IMG/VR virus record: IMGVR_UViG_3300032893_000009
Coordinates: 54,882 to 118,881 of that record
Length of the DNA: 64,000 nucleotides
Strand: one strand, 5' to 3'
DNA from: a virus
Made by a program: the position numbers and the translations under genes. How positions within the stretch are numbered: position 1 is the first letter of the stretch; each line of letters starts with the position of its first letter. Positions 47,891-56,700 of the stretch are shown here, in pieces. The notes beneath the pieces were generated by a model. That model ran no database searches. It saw only the letters and a program-made list of their open reading frames with translations, and was not told the origin of the DNA.

Positions 47891-48216
47891 CCCCGGACGA
47901 GTATCTGAAGATCAGGGACTGGCTGACGCGGGAGGAGACCGAGGCCAAGATTGCGCGTGCGAGGATGCGCCTGCCCAAGGCCACTGAAGCGCTGTTTCAG
48001 TTGGAGAGGGCGCTGAAGGCCGAGGCCACTGCACGGGTTCTGCGCAGAGTTCTCAAGATGCTGGACGCTTTACCAGAGTCGATGCGCGAGGACGAGTCTG
48101 CTGATCCCGAGTCCGAGAACTACATCGGGCACAACCGGGCGAAGGCTCTGGGCGTTGCCAAGTGTTTATGCCATGGCGGGAAGAGGGACATCATGTGCCC
48201 GTTCCACGGGAGATGA
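47887..48216 (+). CDS. hypothetical protein
   Basis: ATGA overlap; C-terminal CLC...CPFHG. Confidence 0.55.
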   Translation: MTPDEYLKIRDWLTREETEAKIARARMRLPKATEALFQLERALKAEATARVLRRVLKMLDALPESMREDESADPESENYIGHNRAKALGVAKCLCHGGKRDIMCPFHGR

Positions 48217-48566
48217 CGATGAAAGAAGTGTTGTTCAAGGACGGCAGGGTGGTGAAGGTCGATGCGGACATGCTGTTGTGCCCGGAGGGCGAGGTGGCTC
48301 TGTACAAGCGCAACGGCAATGGCAACCAGCACGTGGTCAGCTATCCCGCTGAGACTGTCAAGGACGTGCGCGACTATCAGGATCATCCGCTCAAGATTCT
48401 GGCAGTGAAGCTGCTGCAGGCTATGAGCAAGACCGAAGCGCACGGCAGCCAGAAGCTGTGTGAGCTGGCCGGGGTTAAGTATTCCGACGCAGTGATCCCG
48501 GTTCTGAAGAAACTGCGCGAGGCAGGCAAGGTCAGATTTGAAGCTGGAAAGTGGCTGAGGGTGTGA
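48213..48566 (+). CDS. hypothetical protein with C-terminal winged-helix-like region
   Basis: KLCELAGV...LKKLREAGKVRFEAGKW. Confidence 0.55.
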   Translation: MTMKEVLFKDGRVVKVDADMLLCPEGEVALYKRNGNGNQHVVSYPAETVKDVRDYQDHPLKILAVKLLQAMSKTEAHGSQKLCELAGVKYSDAVIPVLKKLREAGKVRFEAGKWLRV

Positions 48567-48579
48567 GGGGGAACAACGT

Positions 48580-49080
48580 ATGACGACGGTAGCGGAAGCA
48601 AAGAAGTGGGGATACTGGCGGGGCTGGACCGAGGAGCAGCAGAAGAACGTTCGTGAACTGCTGATGGACCGGGACCTGCCTTACGCGGAGATCGCGCGGG
48701 CGTTCCCTGTGGAGGGCGGTGTTGCCGCGATCAAGACCTATGCCGGGCACGTGGGTGCGCCGGAGCGGGCCAAGCGCGCTTACACGAAGAGGGGCGATGC
48801 TCCTCTGGCAATGCCCAAGAACCTTAGCGCGGTGGAGACGCAGATCGAGATCGTGCGCCGCAAGCAGGCTGAGCTGGAAGCCGAGCTGAAGCACTTGCAG
48901 GACGTGAAGCAGGAGATGTCCATCCGTTTCGAGCGCGACGGAGGTGATGTGTTGGTCTATGGCGTGGCCCCCCAGCCGCTGCGGGCCAGTATCGAGCAGT
49001 GGGTCACCTTCCTGAACAAGGAGGGCGCGCGCAAGCTGCGCGATTACATCGTTGCCACTACCAAGAGCACGGTTGTGTGA
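48580..49080 (+). CDS. putative DNA-binding protein (N-terminal HTH-like)
   Basis: WTEEQQKNVRELL...LPYAEIARAF followed by a coiled coil. Confidence 0.55.
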   Translation: MTTVAEAKKWGYWRGWTEEQQKNVRELLMDRDLPYAEIARAFPVEGGVAAIKTYAGHVGAPERAKRAYTKRGDAPLAMPKNLSAVETQIEIVRRKQAELEAELKHLQDVKQEMSIRFERDGGDVLVYGVAPQPLRASIEQWVTFLNKEGARKLRDYIVATTKSTVV

Positions 49081-49564
49081 GGGCGCTATGTGGACGAAAT
49101 TGCCGAAGTGCGACGTGTGTGGCAAGACCAAGGGCGTGGGCAACAGGTGGCTGCTGGCGGTGCGCCATACCTCCATCAAGGAGTTTGGCCGCTGCCGTCT
49201 CGCGGTGTTCGACTGGAGCGACGCGCTGGCGGCCAAGCCGGGCGTGCTGCACATCTGCGGAGAGGGCTGCCTGTCCACTCTTTTCAGCCGTGCCATGGAG
49301 AACAGGACGAGCCCCAAGATTGTAGAGGTTAAAAATGTCTAAGATGAGTTTGAAAGAGGCACTGCAGCGACGTGCCCATTTGGTGGCCACATACGTGGAC
49401 CTGCAGCACACGCTGCTGAACGTGCGCCTCGCGCTGCGGGAGCTGCCCTTTGTGGGACACCTTCGTCCACAGGTGGTGATTGAGCTGTGCCGCCGCTGCG
49501 GCCAGCCTTTCAGCGCCCGGGATATTCGCAAGCACGAACCGCATTGCAAGGGGAAGCTAGTCAA

Positions 49565-50302
49565 ATGATTCTCGGTATACCCAGCGACGCAGCCTTGTGG
49601 GAAGTGGTGGGTGCGATACAGGTGTGCCAGTCAGCGGGCATCGCCGACGTGGAATACAACGGGGGTGACGAGAGCAGCCAGTTTCTGGAGCTGACCGGGC
49701 TGAAGCAGGCGGAATCGGGTACGGCTGAAAAGTGGCTCGATCTGGGCAGCGCCATGCGCCAGCTGGAGAAGGCCAAGGTGACCTACCCCGATCTGCTGGC
49801 CGATACCGTGGGTTTGAAGATTGGCGGGGGCAAGGCACCCCTGTTTCCCGGGCTGGAAACGGCCCAAGGCGAGGCCGGTGGCATCGTGGTGAGCCCTTAC
49901 CATGTCCACGACTCTTTCCGCCTCCCTTGGCAGATTTGGCGGGGTCTGATCAAGCACCTGCGCACCTACGGGCTCCCGGTACACCTGCTGGGCATGACCG
50001 GCGAGCGCGCCGACTATGCCAACTTCACCGAGGGCACCGTGCTGAGCAGCCTGCCGGTGGCCGACAAGCTGCGGGCGCTGGCGCAGGCCAAGCTGGTGGT
50101 GGGGGTGCCCAATGCTTGGACGTGGGCGGCTGCGGGCTACGGCAAGAAGGTGATCGTGCTCCATCCCGATGGCATCCCCCATGAGAGGTGGTTCGGCTTC
50201 GAGGTTCAGCCCCGTACTCTGGGGCGGCTGCTCTACGACGCGCAGCAGCTCCAGCCTGCCGTGATTCTGGCCGGGATGCGCAAGCTGATCTCGATTATGT
50301 GA
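49565..50302 (+). CDS. glycosyltransferase family 9-like protein
   Basis: VVSPY, LPWQIWRGLI and LAQAKLVVGVPNAWTWAAAGYGKKVIVL. Confidence 0.6.
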   Translation: MILGIPSDAALWEVVGAIQVCQSAGIADVEYNGGDESSQFLELTGLKQAESGTAEKWLDLGSAMRQLEKAKVTYPDLLADTVGLKIGGGKAPLFPGLETAQGEAGGIVVSPYHVHDSFRLPWQIWRGLIKHLRTYGLPVHLLGMTGERADYANFTEGTVLSSLPVADKLRALAQAKLVVGVPNAWTWAAAGYGKKVIVLHPDGIPHERWFGFEVQPRTLGRLLYDAQQLQPAVILAGMRKLISIM

Positions 50303-50314
50303 CGGAGGACTGCA

Positions 50315-50668
50315 ATGAGCTATAACATTTCTCTTCTTGATCCGGTTACCAAGGACACATTGATGCTGGACGAGCCACACCAGTTTATCGGCGACCTCTA
50401 TATTGCAGCTGGGTGTGTGCTGTGGCTGAACGTCACTTGGAACTACGCATCGCACTTTTACCGGCTGCTCGGAGAAAAGGGTATCCGCGTCATTTACGGA
50501 ATGACCGGCGCAGAGTCCATCCCGGTTTTGCAAAAGGCAGCCGACCAGCTACAGGACGACGTGGATCGTGACTACTGGCAGGCGACTGAGGGTAATGCTA
50601 AGCGGGCGCTTCTCAACCTGATCGAGATGGCGAAACTGCGCCCGGATGGCATCTGGAGTGGTAATTAA
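50315..50668 (+). CDS. conserved phage hypothetical protein
   Basis: GGAGG RBS; LNVTWNY...YGMTGAES...YWQATEGNAKRAL...RPDGIW. Confidence 0.7.
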   Translation: MSYNISLLDPVTKDTLMLDEPHQFIGDLYIAAGCVLWLNVTWNYASHFYRLLGEKGIRVIYGMTGAESIPVLQKAADQLQDDVDRDYWQATEGNAKRALLNLIEMAKLRPDGIWSGN

Positions 50669-50682
50669 CCCGCTGAAAACAC

Positions 50683-50724
50683 GACGCAAAAAGGTGTTGC
50701 ACGTTTGTTGAAACGTGCTATACT
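50683..50724 (+). promoter_or_regulatory. sigma70-type promoter with palindromic operator
   Basis: GACGCAAAA...TTGCAC-16 nt-TATACT with CACGTTT-GTTG-AAACGTG. Confidence 0.7.
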
Positions 50725-50813
50725 GTAATTGCACTCAGGGCATCCAAGAGAAGCGGAGATGCCGGGGCCTCCGGTGGGTACCGGGGTCGGATAGGTTAAC
50801 TCCGACACCAATT

Positions 50814-50944
50814 CGGGGCATAGAACCGCTGGACCTGCTGAACGCTGTGAACCTTACCAGAGGCGACCAGCTAATAGGCACATCCATTCGGGCCGGTTTC
50901 ATAAGGCTGGTACCTTCGGGTTCGACTCCCGTATGCCCCAGCCA
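50814..50944 (+). tRNA. atypical tRNA-like gene (CAT anticodon, encoded CCA) with a large D-loop insertion
   Basis: (C)GGGGCA/TGCCCC(A) acceptor stem, T arm CGGG TTCGACT CCCG, anticodon arm CCGGT TTCATAAG GCTGG, 3' GCCA; about 55 extra nt in the D region. Confidence 0.6.
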
Positions 50945-50959
50945 AGTTTGGGAGTGACT

Positions 50960-51274
50960 ATGCAGGATCGTAAACAGTATCGTGAGGAACTGGAGCAGAC
51001 GCGCAAGCTGCGCGCCGAGTTCGACGGGCACATAGAGAATGCCATCGTCGAGTTGCAGGCGGCTCTGAAGGCTGCTGGTGACGACTGCCTGCGTGAGTAC
51101 AAGGCGCTGCGTCTGGGAGCCAGCTCTGTGAACGAGCGCTGGCTGGATACGGAGTTCAGTCAGGTCATGGCCAAGATCGACTGGCTGAAGACCGTCAAGC
51201 AGAAGATCAGCGATCTGGACGAGAAGATCAGGGACATGGTGGTTACGCTGGCTGATGAAGAGGTATGGAAATGA
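50960..51274 (+). CDS. hypothetical coiled-coil protein
   Basis: GGAG RBS. Confidence 0.6.
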   Translation: MQDRKQYREELEQTRKLRAEFDGHIENAIVELQAALKAAGDDCLREYKALRLGASSVNERWLDTEFSQVMAKIDWLKTVKQKISDLDEKIRDMVVTLADEEVWK

Positions 51275-51455
51275 GAAGCGAGATCGAGTGCCGGGAGTGC
51301 GGCAAGGTGATCGGCGAGCATGTGACGTACCCGTTGACCTGCAACGGACAGGACCCGCCGGAGGACATCTACTTCCATGAGGAAGCGGTGGTGTTCGACG
51401 AGGCGGGCAATCCGTTTTGCAGCCCCGAGTGTCAGATTGAGTATTGGATTAGAAG

Positions 51456-51839
51456 ATGAGACAGGGAGAGAACCGTATGACGAATGAAGAGAGGCTGGCA
51501 GAACAGGTAAGGGTGATGCGCAAGGCTCTGATCGAGATTGAACGTTGCAATGCTTGGAACCCCGCTGACGGGTCCCTGAAACGCTGCGAGAACATGGCCC
51601 GTATAGCGAGGGAGGCTTTTGACAAAGTGCATGTGTTGGACAGATACGGAGAAAACTGTATGACCCCGGAACAGAAAGCTGAAATCGACGCGATGAGCCA
51701 GTATGACCTCTGCCGCATGTGGCGGTTTGCCCCGGTAGGGGAGCCGCTTTTGCGGGGTGATACCGGTGATTATTTCGCCAAGCGCTTGGAGGAGCTGGGC
51801 GGCTTTACGCCGGAGATCAGCAAGCGTCTGGGCTGGTAA
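51456..51839 (+). CDS. hypothetical protein
   Basis: WRFAPVGEPLL...GGFTPEISKRLGW. Confidence 0.6.
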   Translation: MRQGENRMTNEERLAEQVRVMRKALIEIERCNAWNPADGSLKRCENMARIAREAFDKVHVLDRYGENCMTPEQKAEIDAMSQYDLCRMWRFAPVGEPLLRGDTGDYFAKRLEELGGFTPEISKRLGW

Positions 51840-51843
51840 GCAA

Positions 51844-51867
51844 GACGCAGGGCATTTTGACTACAAT
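51844..51867 (+). promoter_or_regulatory. putative promoter of the Tas-TIGR operon (GACGCA-N12-TACAAT)
   Basis: Intergenic; followed by a GAGGAGG RBS and the ATG at 51894. Confidence 0.6.
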
Positions 51868-51893
51868 GCAATTGAGGTGAGGAGGAACATCGT

Positions 51894-52823
51894 ATGAGCA
51901 CCACGCAGAATCTAGAGGCTCTTCTGGAGCCAGTGAAGCGCATGAGCAAGGACTTGGCCGAGGGTGCCAAGACCCTGACCGTGCGCGAGGCGCGCTACTT
52001 GGTAGACGCTTATTACATCATGCAGGAAAACCGCATCCGTTCGGCAGCGCAGGTTCGCACCCTGCGGGAGAACGGCGAACCGCACGCCGTGATCGAGTAT
52101 CTGGCAGCGCAGGACGAGTTGCTGGAGCAGCAGATCAAGCGAGCGTTGGACAAGTGGACGGACGGATCGCACATGGGACGCTGGCTGAAGGCCATTACAG
52201 GCATCGGCCCGGTGATCGCTGCTGGTCTGCTGGCCCATATCGACATGCAGCCGTGGACCTGCGGGCTTCATGCCGTGGACCGGAAGGTCAAGTCCTGCAC
52301 CGAGAAGGAGCCGCATCCGGGTCCGCAGTGCGGGCACAAGCGCATCGAGACGGTGGGCCATATCTGGAGCTTCGCCGGTCTGGACCCCTCGATCACCTGG
52401 GGCAAGGGTGAGCGCCGCCCCTACAATGCGCAGCTCAAGACCATCTGCGCCTTCAAGCTGGGCGAGTGCTTTGTGAAGACGCAGAATCTGGACACCGGCT
52501 ACTACGGCAAAATCTACGCCACGCGCAAGGCCGAGTATCAGGCGCGCAACGAGCGTGGGGAATATGCCGAGGTCGCCAAGAGGGCGCTGGAGAGCAAGAA
52601 CTACAGCAAGGACACGGACGCCTACAAGGCCTACTCCGCTGGCAAGCTGCCGCCCGCGCACATCCATGCCATGGCCCGGCGCTTCGCGGTGAAGATTTTC
52701 CTCTCCGCGTTCCACGCCGAATACTACCGGACGCTGTTCCACGAGGAACCGCCCAAGCCTTATGCGCTGGCCATTCTGGGTCACGCGCATGACCTCAACA
52801 TGCCCGGGATCGATGTAGAATGA
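51894..52823 (+). CDS. tasA: IS110/Nop-domain RNA-binding protein without a nuclease domain (TasA-like)
   Basis: N-terminal coiled coil, WLKAITGIGPVIAAGLLAHID, IWSFAGLDP, YNAQLK and HIHAMARRFAVKIFL resemble the IS110 C-terminal/Nop domain; no DEDD RuvC or HNH domain; abuts a 36-nt dual-repeat array. Confidence 0.82.
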   Translation: MSTTQNLEALLEPVKRMSKDLAEGAKTLTVREARYLVDAYYIMQENRIRSAAQVRTLRENGEPHAVIEYLAAQDELLEQQIKRALDKWTDGSHMGRWLKAITGIGPVIAAGLLAHIDMQPWTCGLHAVDRKVKSCTEKEPHPGPQCGHKRIETVGHIWSFAGLDPSITWGKGERRPYNAQLKTICAFKLGECFVKTQNLDTGYYGKIYATRKAEYQARNERGEYAEVAKRALESKNYSKDTDAYKAYSAGKLPPAHIHAMARRFAVKIFLSAFHAEYYRTLFHEEPPKPYALAILGHAHDLNMPGIDVE

Positions 52824-52837
52824 TCCCGGGTACCACC

Positions 52838-53700
52838 CATCACCGTTCCAGACAGCATCATGGAAGCTGAGTGAGCCAAAAGTACGACAGCATCAAGCAC
52901 GCGCAGTGAGTCAAACATCGCGTTAGCATCACGTGATCCGAGCGAATCACTGGGGACGACGGCAACCAAGCAGCCGCGTGAGTCAGGAGGACCGACAGTA
53001 TCACTGTATGAGAGCGAGTCAAATGAAGGGACAGCAGCATGAATCGAGAGCGAGCCATCGATCTTGACGGGGCCATTAATTGGGAGCGAGCCAACTAGAG
53101 GGAAAGCAGCATCTATTGGGAGCGAGCCAAGTTGCTTGCTAGTATCAGGCCAAACGAGCGAGCCACTGAACGCGACGACATCAGGGACTAAGAGTGAGTC
53201 AAGGCAAAAGACGGAAACGGTGGTGGGAGCGAACCACGAGTGCCGACTGTTTCAAAAGGCGAGAGTGAGCCACGAGGGAAGACAGAAGCAAGCTACCTGT
53301 GCGAACCACGAGGTACGAGGGTGCCATTGGGTGCGAGTGAACCACGTGAAGTGACAGGACCGAGGAGTTCGTGTGAACCATGCAAGACGACCGGAGCACA
53401 GAACTTGAGTGAGCCAAGGAAAAGGACAGGGGCAAGTGACTAGTGCGAGCCAAGGTGTTCGACAGGGAACATACGCGGAGAGCGAGTCAAGATGGGCGAC
53501 AGGATCAGCGAAACAGAGCGAGCCATGACGAGCGACGGGATCAAACAATGAGAGTGCGCCATGGAGTGTGATGGGATCAGGTGAACGGGGCGAGCCATAA
53601 GGATTGACAGCATCAGCGGAGATGAGCGAACCAGTTGAGGGGAAGGCTTCAACGATTCTGTGTGAGCCATGTAATGAGACGGCATCAAGATACCAGAGCG
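52838..53700 (+). ncRNA. TIGR-like tandem interspaced guide RNA array, 24 units of 36 nt
   Basis: Alternating GAGYGARYCA (edge) and GACRGNANCA (loop) repeats separated by unique ~8-nt segments; 863 nt for 24 units; begins and ends with half edge repeats. Confidence 0.9.
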
Positions 53701-53701
53701 C

Positions 53702-53736
53702 AACGCCGTGGGCCTCGGTTCACGGCGTTCCTGTTT
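53702..53736 (+). terminator. terminator hairpin closing the array
   Basis: AACGCCGTGGGCC-TC-GGTTCACGGCGTT followed by CCTGTTT. Confidence 0.65.
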
Positions 53737-53786
53737 CCGGCCAGTTTGCTGTTGTTGCAGGCCTGTGTGCTGCCTACGATTGAGGC

Positions 53787-56700
53787 ATGCTCGCCTTACT
53801 GCGCAGGCTACATCTCGCGTTTCAGGCTTGGACCATCAATCGCCTTCGCATCCGGCAGGCGGTGAAGGCTTATTTATCGCTGCATGCGCAGGAGTTGTCC
53901 GTCACCCCGCTGCAGAATCTGCCGCTGGTCCGGGCTCAGCAAGCAGCGGAAATTCGCTTGGTCAAGGCAGGCAAGCTGGACTCCATTGTGGACCGCAAGA
54001 GCTGGGCATTCCCCTATCTCCCTAGCTCGGTACAGCGTCTCAGCATGCCGGTGGCCAAGTCCACCCCCTACAACCTCCGGCGCTTCTCCCGCACCCCGGT
54101 GGCGAGACGGGCCATCAACCTGATCAAGAACTCGGTCACCGCGCAGGCGTGGGACGTGCGCCCTATAGAGGGCGTGCCGGTTGAGGATGAGGAAGAGCAG
54201 AAGGCGCGCATCAAGGTGGCCAAGAAGATTTTCACCCATCCCAACAATGTGGACTCCAACCAGAGCTGGGTGGAGATGGGCGTCGAGGATATGTGCATCA
54301 TGGGAGTGTTCGCCTCCGAGATCAAGCTGACGCTCGATCCCGAGCGCCCGGTGAAGCTCTGGGCCATGGACGCGAGCACGGTGCGCATCTTCGTGAGCTG
54401 GAGTGAATCGACCACCGACCTGCCCCACTACGCGCAGATGACCGGCCTGCAGGGCGAGCGCGGCGCGATCCTCTTCTACGACGACGAGATCATGTACATC
54501 AAGGACAACCCCGCCACCGACAACCCGTTCGGACTGGGCAAGCTGGAGGTGGCCTTTCAGCAGCTCAACGACCTGCTGGGCGTGCAGCGCATGGCGGGCA
54601 TGGCGGGAGCCGATCAGGTTCATAAGTGCTTCCCCGGCGACACCGAGGTGCTGACGCGGCGCGGTTGGATTCCTTGGCGGGATGTGGGGGATGCCGAGGA
54701 GTTCGCCACGCGCAGTTCGGACGGCAAATTGCAGTGGCAGCGCGCCCTTGGTTTTGTGCGGGAGCAGCACGACGGGGACTTGATCCGGTTCCGCAACCGG
54801 GAGCTGACCATCACCGTGACCCCCAATCACCGGATGTACGGGCAGCGTTTCACTAAGGACTGGAGGACCGGGAAGCAGATAGCGGGGCCAGCTGGATTTG
54901 TCGAAGCCCGCGAGCTGCTCGATGAGGTAGCCCGTCGGCCCGGTAAGGGCTGGCGCGGGCGTGCGAAGCACGCACCGTCGCTTTACGACTTCAGGATTCC
55001 CACGCGGACCGAGTGGACGGACGGTGTTCTGCCCGCCCCGGTTTGCCGTATTGGGGCGAGAACCTTTGCTTGGGAGGACTGGGCGGCATTCCTCGGGATA
55101 TGGTTTGCCGAGGGATCGTGCATGAGGTCAAACGGCGCGGATAAGCCGCGTCACGGGGAGTACCGTGTACAGATTGCGCAGTCGCTGAAGACTAACCCCG
55201 CGAAGTATGCCAAAATCAAGCGTCTGCTCAAGCGCATGGGCTTCTCTTATGTTGCGAAACCCGACCGCTTCCTTTTCAGCGATCGCGACGTGTGGGCGTA
55301 TCTGGTTGGGTTGGGCGACAGCCTTACCAAGTCCGTGCCGCAGTGGCTCAAGGATGCACCGACGCCGGTTATCCGTGCATTTTTCGACTGGGCGATGCTG
55401 GGCGACGGCACTGTTCGCGGGCGCAAAAGAACTTACTACACGGCTAGCAAGCGCCTTGCCGACGACATGCAGGAGCTGTTTCAGAAGATCGGCTCCAGCG
55501 CCGCTGTACAGCCCTACATCGACGGTAAGAGCCAGATGTATGCCGTTGAGGAGATGCTGCGGTCTGACATCAGCATCATTCCGGCTGGTTGCCGTGGGAA
55601 GGAGCGCATGCCACAGCGGATTCCGTACAGCGGTATGGTGTACTGCGCGACGGTTCCCAACGGCACGTTGTATTGCCGTGAAAATGGCTATGCGTTCTGG
55701 TCGGGCAACACGTGGCTGTGGTGGGAGCAGCCGCAGTGCTTCTCTGACGACACCGACGTTCTCACCAAGCGTGGCTGGATCAAATGGGAGGATGCCCGCG
55801 AGGATGATCTGTTCGCCACGCGCAACGCGCACGGAGTTTTTGAGTGGCAGCGTGCCTCTCGTTTGTATCGTAAGCGCTATGTCGGCGATATGATCGAGTT
55901 CAACAACCGGAATCTTAGCGTCTGCGTTACGCCCAATCATCGGATGTACGGACGCTTTGCTTATCAATACAGACAGGGTGGCAAGTATCAGTTGGACTTC
56001 ACGCCGGAGGGGCTGGTGCAGGCTGACGATATTTGTGCCCGTGTCGTGGCACGCCCCGGTAAGGGTCGGCGCAAGGGTGATTCGACTAAGGCTCCGTCTC
56101 GCACGCCGTTCGACTTCCGTATTCCCGTCCGTTCCGAGTGGGTTGGTTCATTGCCATCCGCGACGTTTAATTTGGGGGCACACCAATTCGACTGGCACGA
56201 CTGGGCGGCCTTCCTTGGCATCTGGGTGGCCGAGGGATGGTCTAGCGGGTCTACTGTAGAACCCGCAGGGCGTGTGTATTGTCGCGTCGGCATTGCCCAG
56301 TCGAAGAGTGCCCATCCTGATGTTTACCGGGACATCGAAGGGCTCTTGCAGAAAATGGGGCTGCGTTTCGCAAAGACTGATCGCGGCTTTACTATCGATG
56401 ATGAGGATTTGTGGACGCACCTTTCTCCTTTGGGGAACAAGTATTCCAAGTATGTGCCGGGCTACATGAAGAATGCTCCGGTGTCTGTCATCCGCACGTT
56501 CATCGATTGGGCTGTTAAGGGTGACGGCTGGAGCACCCATGGGGAGGGACGGCGGCGCGGCTACTTCACGGTAAGCAGGCGTCTTGCCGACGACATGCAG
56601 GAGCTGTTTCAGAAGTCTGGTACTGCGGCCTCGATTTACGAACGGCCAGCCGGGTATATGAAGCTCCCCGGTGGCAGGTGCAGCCTGTGTGAGCGGGGCT

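Noticed and set aside
50814-50944. tmRNA
   Set aside because: Too short, no tag ORF, and it has a CAT anticodon arm.
51894-52823. IS110 transposase / insertion sequence
   Set aside because: No N-terminal DEDD RuvC domain and no evident catalytic Ser motif; the downstream RNA is a periodic array, not a single bridge RNA.
52838-53700. CRISPR array interpretation
   Set aside because: The repeats are two alternating 10-nt degenerate motifs with 8-nt variable segments, not 23-47-nt repeats with ~30-nt spacers, and no cas genes are present.
52781-53703. Short ORFs on both strands over the array
   Set aside because: They are by-products of the 36-nt period (SEP/CEP/ARS repeats), lack RBSs and are interrupted by unit indels.
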